Assembly (NCBI RefSeq): GCF_000143415.4 | Contig: NW_003314306.1 | Span: 652,897-716,896 of the forward strand | Direction of reading: 5' to 3' | From: Selaginella moellendorffii | Lineage: Eukaryota; Plantae; Lycopodiophyta | DNA length: 64,000 nucleotides | In this document: in pieces, positions 45,548 to 57,998 of the stretch | Numbering within the stretch: the first letter of the stretch is position 1 | How the letters are laid out: the number at the start of each line of letters is the position of its first letter | Made by a program: the position numbers and the translations under genes | Notes under the pieces: generated by a model | The model's input: only the letters and a program-made list of their open reading frames with translations | Databases searched by the model: none | Told to the model about the DNA's origin: nothing

Positions 45548-46540
45548 ATGGGAAAGAGGAGAGTGGAGATCAACATCATCTCCGCCGAGGGCCTCAAGCT
45601 CTCGCCGAGCTTCGGTAAGCCTCACACCTACGCAGTGGTATGGATCCATCCCTCCAAGAAGTTCTACACCCACGTCGACCAAGAGGGCGCCAAGAACCCC
45701 GTCTGGAACCAGAAGCTCGTCATCAGCGCCGACACCTACTCGCTGGAGCAAGGCTCGGGCAAATTCACCATCGAGATCTTCCACCGCGGCCACATCCACG
45801 ACAAGCCCATCGGNNNNNNNNNNNNNNNNNNNNNNNNNNNNNNNNNNNNNNNNNNNNNNNNNNNNNNNNNNNNNNNNNNNNNNNNNNNNNNNNNNNNNNN
45901 NNNNNNNNNNNNNTCAAGGAGCTCCCACACGAGGCGCGATTCAACCGCGAGACCCCGTCGGAGATCCAGTACATGGCGTTTGAGATCCGGCGCCCCTCGG
46001 GAAGAATGAAAGGCGTCGTCGACCTCTCGATCCGGCCTGAGGGAAGTCTCGCCACACTGCAGCAGCAGCAGCAGTAGCAGCAGTAGCTGCTCTTCCGAGC
46101 CAAGCTCCCCGAGAAATTCTGGAAAGATTCTTCCTCCTCCTCCTCCTCCTCCTCCACCGCAAGGTCCAGTCTATCCCCCAAGCTATCCTCCTCCTCCACC
46201 GCAAGATCCAGTCTATCCCCCAAGCTATCCTCCTCCAGGCTATCCCTCTTACGGCGCTCCCAGCAGCTACGATCGAGACTACCACCAGCCGCAGAGCTAT
46301 GGCTATGGCGGAAATTTCCAGCAGCAGCCTCCTCTAGGCTATGGAAATTTGGGGCCAGGATATGGACAAACGCAGCCGAATTACTACGCTCCTCCTCCTC
46401 CTCCTCCTGCTGCTGCCAAGAGCGGCCATAGCAATCTTGCGCTTGGAGCTGGAATCGCCGCTGGAGCGCTGGGAGGGCTCGTTCTCGGTGAGGTCGTGGA
46501 AGACATCGCGGAGAATGCCGACGACGACGATTTCGAATGA
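45548..46540 (+). CDS. C2 domain protein with Pro/Tyr-rich tail (SRC2-like); contains an N gap and an apparent frameshift near 46035
   Basis: VEINIISAEGLK...THVDQEGAKNPVWN, IRRPSGRMKGVV, PPSYPPP repeats, GAGIAAGALGGLVLG tail. Confidence 0.85.
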
Positions 46541-46789
46541 AGAACCCTTAGGCCTAAACTTCTATTCAATAAAGTTCTCGTTCTCTCATTCCATCATCTC
46601 ATCTCAAAGAGGTATTTCACGACCTTGCTATCATCTGTTCACTGTTGATTTTTTTGTTTTCTTTGTGCTGCTATTGAATTTAAGCTCAGATTATTACTCT
46701 TTTTTTGCTTTCTTCAAAACAATTCAACATCATTCTGCTTGATCAATTCAGGTGGTTTGTATTTTCAAGAAGAGAAATTTTGTCCCACA

Positions 46790-47860
46790 ACCTGGAGGTT
46801 TAGAGGTTTTTATAATTATATAAATATAAATTAATAAAAATATAAATAAAAAACATGAATCTTTCAAATAATATTTTCAGTATTTTATATATATAAATTT
46901 AAAAAGATAATGTAAAATTTAAATATTACATTTGTCATTAATAACTTACCTCCTGAACACCGTGCATGGCGAGATACAGTTTCTCACAACAAAGGCAAAT
47001 TTTCAATTGTAAACTACTTGGCTATAACTAGGAAGGCTAAGAAGTGGCTGCAGATGAAAAAATTTTATAACACAACTGTGAATACAACATTCCAGATGAT
47101 CTTCTCAATCTTTAAAGTTATTGTCATGATTAAATTTATAGAGTTTTTTATTTGGGGATTAATGCTATATCAACAATGAAGAAAAAAAAAAGGGAAAAAA
47201 ATTATTGAAATTATTGGAAAGTTCTTTGGAGATTAAAAAATAATTATGACTTATTTATCTTTCTTGAATTTTAGAAAAATATTAAAATTATATAGTTAAT
47301 TTATTAGTATTTTATAATTTAAAAATATATTTAATAAGGTATTTATCATTTATTTACTTCCAGTCAATAATTAATTAATTATATAAATAAATTTAAATAA
47401 AACATAACAATTGAATAAGTTACAGTTTTTAAATATAATACTTCAAGATTCCACAATAATTTTATTTAAGATATATCTTCATAATAATATTTAATATTTA
47501 AATTTGTTTAAAAGAAAATTTTATAAATACCAATTTTAGATATTAATTTTCAATAATAATATGTATAGTTAATGATTTTACGTGTTTTATCCCCATATCT
47601 ATTGTTTATGAAGAAAAAACAAAACACAAACATAAAAAAAAGTGAATATAACTAACATTTTCTTATAGCTATAATAATTATCACAACACATTCATTAATT
47701 CCACTATATGAGATAGATTTAGCTTTTCACAATTTATAATCAATTAGATTTATATATTTGTAATTTAAATAAGTGGTAAGAAATAACAATGATAATTTGG
47801 TACTTTATAGATGACTTTAATTATTATTATTATTAATTATACGACATGTTTTCAATCCTA
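46790..47860. repeat. Very AT-rich non-coding block, probably a TE remnant
   Basis: Abrupt composition shift and no ORFs. Confidence 0.4.
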
Positions 47861-49598
47861 ATGCCACTCTCGAAAACTCGAGCAAACCCAGCATATAAAA
47901 ATTCTTGCACACGCAATCTTCTCAATCACCCTCAATCTGGAAGGAATAATCAGCCCGGAAGTATCCAAGTTGAAAATTCTGGAGGTGCTTGACCTCCAGT
48001 TTTTGATGCTCTTTTCCCTGCCTCTTCTCCACTCGTCCAGAGAAGCATCCTATCTCCTGTAAGTCTTGCATTCTAAGCTGTCATGAAACCCAACATGACA
48101 CTACGTGCGAAGAAAACGAGCTCTTATACACACTGATGCCGCCGATGGCTTGGGCCTTGCAGAAGAACTGGGCGATGGCACACTGCTGAGGCTGATTACC
48201 AGTCAGGAGTGGCAAAACCTGTAGCTCCACCAGCCCGAGGCTTCGAAAACTCTCACAGAAGCTTTGCACAGCTCGTCCATCTGCTGTGGAGCAAGGCTGC
48301 AAAGTCGGCAATAAGGAACACCTCCTGGTAGCCTTCGGTGATTGGGAATCATCACTGTTCCTGATACTCGATCCAAGCTGGTTGGCAACACAGTCGCAGC
48401 AAAAGGCCGCAAGCCTCGAGCTTGTTCTCGTTGATGATCTGGCATAAACACACTAGACAATCCTTTGCTGCTTTTACTGCCACTGGATTGCTTCGTTCTT
48501 CCAGGACGTTGACGATCTACAGAACTTCTCCACGCACGAACAAGGAATGCCACCAGTGGTTCATGCTCACAGCAGCTCCATTGATTTTTCCAGCCCAGCT
48601 AAGTCGGCCCCAAATTTTCCAACCAGAGCTCTCATCACCCCAAGAGGAAGCCCATCACCTTGCAGTGAGACCTGTCGCTCCTGGTTAGCTCCGACACGAA
48701 GGCCAGTGAGATTTGCAGGGCCTGACCGTGAACTCTGCAGTAGCGCCGGTCGCACCAGCTAACCAGCTTCATCCAGCAGGCCGTCTTCGAGAGGAGCACC
48801 TTCCACCAGTTTTTCTTGAGCTGTCTTGCACCGAGCCACACCTTGCAAGCTCAAGGATGAAATTTCAATCACCTGTTCACCAAGATGCGCTGGTACTTGC
48901 AGAGCGTTCTTTGTCCTTCGTTCTTCGTACTCACCCGCAGCTTTCTCATGAATCACGACACTTCGTCATCTTCGTCATCTTCTTTCCACTCAAAGCTTCC
49001 CATAAATTCTTGCTTCAGTCCAAAGTCGGTGAAGTCGGTCGCGTCATCAGGATCGCACATGAGATGAGAGCCGTGACAGCAGCAGCTCGCTGGTTAGCTT
49101 TCGTCACGGGAGTGATAAGCAGATCTGTTGCCGGCCTTTTGAAAGTGTCACCTCGTGCGTCTTGGACCCCGAGTTTCAGCACAAGTTGGGCAGATGCTGA
49201 CGATCGAAAGGCTCCAAAAAGCTTGAAATGCCTTCACCGCACTCGTCAAAGAGAATGAGCAGCTCGTTGTCAACCAGCTTCGTTTGCCAGCAAAGTGGAT
49301 GCCCCAGACGCTACTATCTCTTTCACCATTCCGCCAGACCGATCAGAATCACGGGTGCTCGAAATTCTCAATGCACTCGTTCATGTCTCGCGCTTCTGTC
49401 TCGCCAAGGTTGTCTCCACCGCTAGACGCTGCATGGCTTCTGTAGGATATACGTGCAGCTCGTTCATGCGACTCGATCCTGGACCTTGTGTGGCTGCCAC
49501 CTTTAGCCTCGAGCTGCTTTTGTAGCAAAGCTAGTCCTCTCTGTTTTTTGAACTCTAGCGCAGGTTCCGTACGACCGTTCTGTGAAGTCTTTTCCTCC

Positions 49599-51582
49599 TC
49601 AGCGACTATGGAAGGACTCGCTCGCTGTTGATAGCGGCCGTTTAGTTGTCGAAAACACGCAAAGATACGCTTGGAGCTCTCGATCAACAGGGAAATGGGC
49701 ATGGAACACCTTCTTCACCTGTGAACAAAGAAAGATGAATCCATCGATAAACAGTGAAAGAAAACAAAGGAGAGAGGACTTGCCAGCTTGTAAGAGCGTG
49801 CTTCCAGAAATGGCCGGAGTTTGTCCTCCAAAGAGTCGAAAAAGACGATGTGGCTGGGCACGTTCCCGTCGCCAAACATGACGGAGAGTGCTGCGAGTGG
49901 ATCTTCCATGAACCGTGAGGCCTCGTCTTTGCCACCATCGCTGCTGGGAGAGCAATCTAAGAATCTCATTGGCAAATCCTTGTGCAGCGACGAGTAGAAT
50001 GGAGTCGCATGGCATTGCGTCAGAAACGCAATGCTTTCCACCCTTTGGTCTGTCGCTTCTTTGCCAAGGTACTCCATCACTGCTTCTGAGCCGCGCTGTT
50101 TGGACAAAAGTAAACAAAAAAAGACATTGTCTACAAAACAACCAGCTTGCAATCACCTGATGGACGAGCGAAGTGTAAAGCGCAGTTGGAGCGTTAGAGA
50201 CAAGCAGCCCGATGAGAATGATTGTAAGCTTAAGCGGCCATCGTCCACCGGATTTTTCTTTGACGATTTTCTTGCTTCCGGCCTCAATGGAGGCAAGGCT
50301 GTATCCAGCAAACAGCATCGCCAAAGGAAGAGCTGGCAAGACAAACCTGCAAAAACACCATGACTAGAAAAGTTGTTCTTCATACATACACGAACGAGTA
50401 CCTGAATTCTTTGTGCCCGAGCAGACTGTACGTGAACAATATCCAGGCTACAAGACCCGCAAGAAACCACTCCCGCGACCACCAAATCCCAAGCACAGCT
50501 AGCGGCAAGTGTGTGAACGCCATAGCTGGAAACCCCTGAGTGAAATACCAGTGCCAGGGATGGCTGCCGTAGAAGTCACCACCACCCGAGAGGAAATTAA
50601 ACTGGAAGAATCTCAGCGGCACAAATATCCATTTCCCATACATGATCCTGTCCAAAGCGAAAGTCGCTCCAAGAATGACACACCTGGAAGTTGGAAACAA
50701 ATGTGAGGCTTTGAAGCATGGAGCGGTTTGCTTACCCGATAGGAAGAACTTCATGGAGGAGATATCTGAATTTGTCACGGCATTCGTAGAGGTGATAAAT
50801 CCCCACGTATAGCCAGATGACAGCGCTAGTAGGCCGGATGGCACACGAGATCCATGCAACGCATAGAGCAAGCTGACGATTCGACATAAATCCGAAGTGC
50901 TTGTCGATGGTTGGAGATGACCAGTAGAAGAGAGCAATCGTCGTGAGGACAGTCTCGATGCTGCTGGATAGAGTGCGAACCATGCAAAAGAAGGTGAACC
51001 AGTTCACGAGCTGGCAAAACATCTGCATAACAAAGTTCGTGAGAATCGCGAGCTTTTCTCTCATTTTTTTTTCTGATGGAACTTACGGTCCACTTTGCCA
51101 CACGGTCACCGAATGCTCGACGAGAGAGCTTCCACAGGTAAACATCACCGGCTGCGGCAATGAGAGACTGAAAAAGCCTTGGCGACCTCGCCTAACAGAG
51201 TCATACATGACAAAGCTAGAAGGAATTAGAACTCTCTCGGAAACGAAAGCTCAAGTTTTATCGAAAGCTTACCATGAACCATGGAGTATCCAGCTTAAGC
51301 ACTGCCAACATCTTGTAGAGCGCAGCGAACATGAGCGGGTGGAGGTAGCTGCGAAGACCTTTGTTCCATTCCCAAGTGAGATGTCCATAGCTAGATCACA
51401 AAGAAAACAAGAATGTATGACCGAGAGATTTGTTTTTGAGCTTACCCGAAGACAATGCGGTGCGCAACTTCGAGTGCTTGCCAGTGCTCGTCCGGGTTGA
51501 AGTACGTGCGAACGAGCAGGGCATTCAGCAAACGAAACGCAATACATAGCACCCACAATCCACGCTCTCCGCCAAGCGCCAT
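49599..51582 (-). CDS. PIGB: GPI mannosyltransferase 3 (PIG-B), multi-exon
   Basis: RTYFNPDEHWQALEVAHR, LTWEW, RTLSSSIE, YGSHPWHWYFTQG, HKEFRF, LTQCHATPFYS. Confidence 0.92.
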
Positions 51583-51599
51583 AAAGCGTAAGCGATCCT

Positions 51600-51857
51600 T
51601 GGCTATGGCGAAAATTTCCAGCAGCAGCCCGCTAGGCTATGGAAATTACCAGCAACCGCAGCCGAATTTCTACGGTCCTCCTCCTGCCAAGGGCACCCAT
51701 AGCAATCTTGCGCTTGGAGCTGGAATCACCGCTGGAGCTCTGGAACTGGGCGGGAGAATGCCGCCGACAAGGATTTCGAATCAAGAACCCTAAACATTGA
51801 AGAACCCTAAATTTTATTTAATAAAACAGTTCTTCTCTCTCATTCCATCATCTCATC
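51600..51857 (+). pseudogene. Duplicated 3' end and 3'UTR of the C2 gene
   Basis: Near-copy of 46300-46603 (ggctatggcg.aaatttccagcagcagcc, catagcaatcttgcgcttggagctggaatc, ctctcattccatcatctcatc). Confidence 0.85.
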
Positions 51858-52583
51858 GCTGGGCAGCCTTCCAGATCGAAACACCGCAAACTTGGACGCC
51901 ACCGAGTGTGAGAAAGGAATCCCATGGACGCCCAAGAACTCCTCGAGCATCGCCCTCACTCTCTCCGGATCCGGCGTCTCACACTCCACCTCGTACGCTG
52001 TCCCAAACGCGTAGCGCGTCTCGTCCAGCTCCAGCTTCTCGCCCTCCCACTCGAAAACCTGGCGCGTGTTCTTGAATCCCCCCAGGCACACGAATTCCGT
52101 GACCCCGAATTCGCGCACCACTCTCTGGACGATCGCGCTGGTCACCGCCGGGAGCTTGGATGGATCGCCCACGCATTCCCTGCCGGTGGCGGCGTCCAGA
52201 TCCTCCTCGCTCTCCTCCACCCGGCTCACACCATTCTCCAGGATCGCGCGCGCCTTGAGCGACACCACGCAGCGCGCATCGCCGTTGTAGAAGCGCAGGC
52301 GAAGAACCGCGCGCCGCGCCGAGAGCTCGGCATTGGCACCGTCGAAGAAGAGATTCTCCTGCTCGTGCTTGATCTTGAAGTAGGGCAAGAGGATCTCCGC
52401 GAGCCGGGCGTGCGATCGATCGTCCGGGAGCGTGAGCTTCACCTCAACCTCCATTGCCGCTGACCTAATTCGAGGCGATCGAGCTAGGGCATTCGCGTGG
52501 AGGAGAGATTTCTTCATCCCTCGCGAGGAAGGAAATCCTGGCGATTGCGGGAGCTGGGAGATTCTCGCGAGCGCGGACGCCAT
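51840..52583 (-). CDS. TTM3: Triphosphate tunnel metalloenzyme 3 (CYTH) with N-terminal extension
   Basis: MEVEVKL (ExExK), QENLFFDG, LRLRFY, LELDET, YEVECE, SKFAVFRSG. Confidence 0.92.
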   Translation of the reverse strand: MASALARISQLPQSPGFPSSRGMKKSLLHANALARSPRIRSAAMEVEVKLTLPDDRSHARLAEILLPYFKIKHEQENLFFDGANAELSARRAVLRLRFYNGDARCVVSLKARAILENGVSRVEESEEDLDAATGRECVGDPSKLPAVTSAIVQRVVREFGVTEFVCLGGFKNTRQVFEWEGEKLELDETRYAFGTAYEVECETPDPERVRAMLEEFLGVHGIPFSHSVASKFAVFRSGRLPSDEMME

Positions 52584-52673
52584 AGCTGCCCCAAAATCTT
52601 CTCAAAAACAAGAGCGCTTTCTTCTTCCCTTCAAGAATTTCTCCTAAGATCCAGGAAATCCTCCACATTTCTT

Positions 52674-52922
52674 TCAAGCTCGCGAGGCCGGGCCATTCGC
52701 AAGAGCAGCAGTGGCAGTGGCAGTAGCGCCGCCTTGGACAGCGGCCGATTCGCGGCGGAGCTCCTTCACAACAGCCGCGAGCGCTTCCGGATTCACGCCG
52801 TGCTCGCAGAGCGCGATGCAAATCGAGAGCGTCTTGCGATCCAGACCTGTGTTGAGAAGATTTGCGATGTGGTGCGCGAGATCCAGGGCCTCCCTCGCCC
52901 GCTGCAAGCCCACGCCCTCCAT
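52674..52922 (-). CDS. MZT1: Mitotic-spindle organizing protein 1 (MOZART1/GIP)
   Basis: [35 protein letters not shown]. Confidence 0.93.
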   Translation of the reverse strand: MEGVGLQRAREALDLAHHIANLLNTGLDRKTLSICIALCEHGVNPEALAAVVKELRRESAAVQGGATATATAALANGPASRA

Positions 52923-53318
52923 CCCGCTAGAACCCTAGCGGGAAATTCCGGAACGATCTGGACCGTCCATCTGGCGGCTCATTACACTGCCTAGGTTTGC
53001 TCGATCAGCGATGGGATTGATTGAAGCGCTCTCACGGACGAATCGCCTTGGTGTGTCCTCTCCTCTTTCTTGTGCTCGATCGCTCTTCTTTACATGATCC
53101 TCGTTTCCTGCAGCTACTTTCGTTGTCCCGGCTCTAAAAGATCAAGAAATGCGCGTCGTTTGAGCTTCCTCTTCGATCGACGAGGAATCGAAGAGAATGA
53201 GCAGCGATCGTCGACGCTCTTCTTACATCTGGTAAAATTCGGTGAAGAATCGATGACCGCTTCCTTCTTTTTCTCTACAGAAATCTTCTTTCTGAATCAT
53301 TCGGGGCCTAAGCTTTCC

Positions 53319-54113
53319 ATGCAGGTGGTACGATAAGAGCTTGAATTTCTTCCGTGACCGCAGCGCCAAGCAAGAACTGACGACTCGATCATCCAAAACT
53401 CTCACGGACTTGGATTGCTGCTCGGTTTGCCAGGAGCAATTCACTCTTCCTTGTCAAGCGAATTGCACACACTGGTTCTGTGGTACGTCTTAAGTTCTTC
53501 CAGGCTTGGTTGAGAACTTATCTTCGTTTTTTCCTCTTTGTTTGAGAACTTATTTTCGTTTCTTTCTTCTTTCCTTTCAGGAGAATGTATTCTCAGAGTG
53601 TGGGAGTATGGATCAGCGTTACTCCCTTGTAAATGTCCCATTTGTCGACAACCAATCACTCACTTGTGGCCTAGCGAATTTTCTACGACTGAAGAGGCTA
53701 CGAATTTCATGCCACTGCTCACTGACATCGCGACTTACAATCTTAACTTCGATAGCCGAGTGATCACCATTCTGCGAGTAAGTTTTCCTTCTTTTCAAAG
53801 TTCTCGCTTATGCTCTGGAGTTCTTTCTTAGCGCTGGCTACACTGGGTGATCTTCCAGCTGAAATTCCCCGACACAGAGGTTCGGTGTCTCCACGTTCTT
53901 CACTTCCTTTTTGTGAGTGAAACTTTCGAGCTTAGATGGTCTTGTTTTAACTTAAGCTCTTGCAGCTCCTGGTTCTCGCTCTTTACGTCGTTTGCACGCT
54001 CAATCTCATACTCGAAGGTAAGCTGGCTATTCGGGTACGTTTGTAAGAGCGCTCCAGGTTCAGTGACAGATGGAGATCTTTACAAGCTCGTTCAAGCTCT
54101 CCAGGCTTTGTAA
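53319..54113 (+). CDS. RING finger E3 ligase, RNF170-like, multi-exon (ends approximate)
   Basis: CSVCQEQFTLPCQANCTHWFC/GECILRVWEYGS..PCKCPICR across a GT-AG intron. Confidence 0.65.
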
Positions 54114-54192
54114 ATACTTCTCCGAGGCAAACTAAAGTAGGATCCTTTTCGATCGGCTTCGAGGGTTTGGACAGACAGTGAAGAAAGAGTTC

Positions 54193-54933
54193 ATGGAACT
54201 TAATGCGGCACACAGATGGGTCGCGGGTTTCAACGTTGCCGAGAGAAAATCCGGACTGCGTGTGCTGTGTTCTACCAGGAGTCTTCCCAGACTACCGATA
54301 ATGAGGGGCCGGAAGCTGGGAAGAGAGGCAATTCTCACTGTACAGAGCTTGAAGAGAGCCAAAGGTGTCCGGGAGGAGATGGAACAAGTGCTCAAGTCTC
54401 AGGTGTCTCGGCTTCTCAAGACTGACATGCTCGAAGTTCTGCGGGAGCTACACAGGCAAAATGACTGTGTTCTAGCTTACGAGGTAACCAAAGTTCTCGG
54501 TGTTCTCTCGTTCTAACTTTGCAAACAGGTTTTCAAGCTCATACGAAAGGAAATGTGGTACAAGCCCGACTCGCAGCTCTACTCCAGCATGATGAGCTTG
54601 ATGGGAATGAACGCTCGACTTCGCGACGTAGAGGTACTGTTTCAGGAGCTCCAGGGAGAAATGCTGCCGGATGGGCTGGTTTACACTGAGCTCATGACGG
54701 CTTACTTGAGATGCGAGAGACCAAACGATGCGATCGACACATTCCAGGAGATGAAGCAACTGGGGCTCACGGTGGAGCTCAAAACTTTCACCACTCTGGC
54801 CAAATGGTTGGAGAAAAAAGGCCTTGGCGAGGAAGCTAGCGCTGTGAGAGCCGAATGCGAGGAGAAGTATCCAAGACGAAGAAGAAAGAATGAAGAAGAA
54901 CAAGGCAAAAAACCAAGCTCGGGACAAAGCTAA
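54193..54933 (+). CDS. THA8-like short PPR protein (intron 54484-54528)
   Basis: LGREAILTVQSLKRAK..SRLLKTDMLEVLRELHRQ..VFKLIRKEMWYKPD. Confidence 0.85.
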
Positions 54934-54987
54934 CGAGAATTTTAATCCCAGAGATATGCGTGGGTATATTCTTCTCTCTATCTGGGC

Positions 54988-55001
54988 TTAGGGTTTTAGG
55001 G
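54988..55001 (-). promoter_or_regulatory. Telo-box-like motif (AAACCCTA/CCCTAA) before the EF-P start; similar motifs lie before rpl16 (~42250) and MZT1 (~52931)
   Basis: ttagggttttaggg just upstream of the ATG. Telo-boxes are known in plant translation-gene promoters. Confidence 0.5.
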
Positions 55002-55011
55002 GCGCTAGAGA

Positions 55012-56270
55012 ATGCAGCGCTCGAGGCGCGTTGCGCAGCAGGGATTTAAGGCGCTGTCTGGATTTCGAGTCTTTAAGGAGGATTCTTCGTCGTTGTGGCA
55101 TTGGCAGCAGCGCCGCGGATTGAAGATCGATGGATTGGAGGTGAGAAGAGCGCAATGCGGCATTGGATTTGCTTTGATGGAGTGTGTTTTGTGTAGGTGA
55201 GAGTCGGGCAGATTTTGGAGCGCAAAGGTAATGCTCCTCTGTGCGTTTTTCTTTCTTTCCTCTTTTTTCTGATAGGCAGTGATCATTCATAGGGCGCCTT
55301 GTGCAGGTTAATTTCATGTCTTTCTTTGTTTTTTTTGTGTGATAAGCTTTTTTTCTTCGGCTCTTTCAGGTTATAAAGATTGCTCATGCTCATGGAGGCC
55401 GTGGTGGAGCTACAATTCCGGTTTGATTTTCTAGATCCACCAATTTCATTAACTGAGACCTTTTTATTCCTTTATTCTTTTTTCTCTCGCTTGCTTGCAG
55501 ATCGAGTACAAGGATCTGATCAGCGGGATCAAGTCAACTGAGCGTTTGCGAACCTCAGAATCGGTGGAAAGTACGTTGATTTCCCCAAAATTCCATTGTG
55601 ATACTAAACGTCCTAGTGCGCAGGAGTGGCTGTCGATTCGAAAACCTTTACATATCTGTACGACGAGGGACAAATGGCGATTTTGATGGAGTAAGTGCGC
55701 ACATGTTTCTTCCAAGATGTAGCTGACGCGTTTGCAGTCCAAAAACGTTCGACCAGGTTACAGTGGACAAAGAGCTCTTTGGAACTGGAGCTTCATATCT
55801 TTCAGGTGTGTCGTTTTGCGATTCCAAATCTCAGGAAAAAATGAGTTGTGTGTGATTTTGTTCTAGATGGAATGTCTGTGACGGTGCAAATGCACGAGGG
55901 TAAACCAGTGACTGCTTCGGTACCAGTTTCTCTGACATGCAAAGTGGTCGAAGCTGAGCCTTTTATGAAAGGCCAGACCCAAGCTGCAGCGTAAGTTGCT
56001 ATTTTCAAGCATCCTTTTGACTCCTTGCCACAGGTACAAGCACATCACGCTAGAAAATGGCAAAATAATCATGGTGAGTTTTGAGTTTTCTCCTTCCGCA
56101 TTCTACAATGGTGAACTCTCGTCTTTGCAGGCCCCTTGCTTCATCGTTAGTGGAGACCAGATAGTTGTCAACACAGTGGAAGACACTTACGTGACAAGGT
56201 TAGGTTGCATTCTCTTTTATGCCGAACAGTGGTCTTCATGTTCTGCTTCTACAGAGCTTCCAAAGAATAA
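55012..56270 (+). CDS. efp: Organellar (mitochondrial-type) elongation factor P, multi-exon
   Basis: QRRGLKIDG.EVR, HAHGGRGGATI, TERLRTSESVE, YKHITLENGKII.APCFIVSGDQIVVNT. Confidence 0.85.
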
Positions 56271-56617
56271 CAAACATGACTCTCTTCCAAAGAAGAGTAA
56301 TCTCGGGGAGTTTAAAGAGCATCAAACAAAAGGTACTTGCGGCGTTCAGTTTCAGTCCTAATTGCCTTACATCCTCCCGACAAAGCTTCCCTGGCTTTTA
56401 AGGATTTCTAGAGGGCGAGACTTCTTCTCTGGCCGGTGTGAAGAGACCGGGGAGGGGACCATTTCAAGCCAGATCTATTTCACGTGGTATCCGACGGAAT
56501 AACTTGTGCCAATGGTTCTCCGTCCGTCGCCGTGTTGGGTTCCTTTTGACGCGCTAGAGGAGTAGACATATAGACTTTCTGGGATCTGGAAGAAGAGCAG
56601 TGCTTCTCTAGAGCAAG

Positions 56618-57833
56618 ATGGGGGATAGTGAGCAGCACAGGCATTGGGAATGGTCCAGGCTTCCAGCTGAGCTCCGACACAGGATTCTTCATCTTCTTCC
56701 GCTCTCTTCGGCTCTCGCCGCCCGAGCGGTATGCAAGGATTGGAAAGACTCGCTCTCGACATGGTCTGGACGGAAGTCGTGGTTTCTGGTGAAGGACGAG
56801 CAAGTCGAGCAAGAAGGCAGCTTGAAGTGGTCAATGGTTGATGCGGAGACAGGCAGCTGGATTCGTCTCGGTGGCCTCTCGCGCTTTGCGACTTCCGTGG
56901 CTGCCGGGGACGGCCTGGTGTGCCTGTGCGTGGGGAATTCCGCGAGACCCGAGTTTTACGTGGGGAATCCATTGTTTGAGAAGTCATGGCAGAAGCTACC
57001 GGAGCTCCCTCCGCTCAAGACTTTGACACTGGCGAGGCTGGTGCTGAGTGCCTCGGCGCTTACATGCGTCCTGGGCATTGTTTCCGAGGAGCCACCGGGT
57101 GTTACTGTCAGCGCCAGTGTCACTAGCAACAGCGGCAGTGGATCTTCAGGCTTCAAGGTCCTGGTTGGACGCTGCGGGTACATCGTTGTGTACGAGTCGC
57201 GAGCTGGAAAGTGGCGAGAGGTACAGGGAGACACGCCGGCGCTGGCTCTTCAGCTTCTCCAGGAATCGGACGAGCGCAGCATTGTGCCGGTGAGACGAGG
57301 ATCCCAGCTGCTGTGGTCGCCGCTCCGATCCAGCGGAGGTATAGTTGGTTTCGATTTCGCAGCTCTCACTTGGTTTGTCTTGGAAGCGACGCTGTTTGAG
57401 CGCCTCAGCGCGGCTAGCTTGACTCGAGATCCCAGCTCCGGATCCGTCCTGCGTCGTAGGAGCTCACCGGAGCAGCGGGTCTCACCACTACAGGCACCTC
57501 AAAGTGTGGAGGCTGGACGAGGACGACGAGCTCGGCCAGGAGTGTAAGCCCGTGAACAGGATGAGAGACTACATGGTCCAGGAGATCTCGCCAAAGGGCT
57601 TCTTCGCGGCTCACTGGTGCTTGCGCGAAGCCAAGCTCATGCTGCTCACTTGCACGCTCGAGAAGTTCTCGCCCCAGGTCCGCGACTGGGGATTCAAGCG
57701 ATTGGTGCTGTGGTCGTTTGATCCTCACGCAGCAAAGTGGTCGTCGAATCCTCTGAGAAGACCTCTTCGAGATGTGGATCTGAGCAGCAGCGTGGTCTAC
57801 TCGTTCCAGCCGAGGCTGGATTTCAGCCAGTGA
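56618..57833 (+). CDS. F-box protein with a frameshift near 57450 (pseudogene or sequence error)
   Basis: WSRLPAELRHRILHLLP..ARAVCKDW F-box, GDGLVC..VGNPL..W..LP. The C-terminus (FQPRLD) continues in another frame. Confidence 0.75.
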
Positions 57834-57850
57834 TCGACGGCTAGAAGCTT

Positions 57851-57978
57851 GCCACGTGTGGCATCGGACGGTGGAGGTTCCTCTACGTGGCTAGCAGTCT
57901 GCCACGTAACTATGTGATCAGTCTGCCACGTGTAACATCAAACCGAGATGATGGAACGGCTTGATTCGGCCACGTGTA
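57851..57978 (+). promoter_or_regulatory. Cluster of five G-box/ABRE elements
   Basis: GCCACGTG at 57851, 57925 and 57969; TACGTGGC at 57884; GCCACGTA at 57901. All lie directly upstream of the thioredoxin ATG. Confidence 0.7.
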
Positions 57979-57998
57979 TTGTGACTAGAACCTTGGAT

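Noticed and set aside
47900-49560. Coding-like sequence downstream of PIG-B
   Set aside because: Stops in all frames and no identifiable domain; left unassigned.
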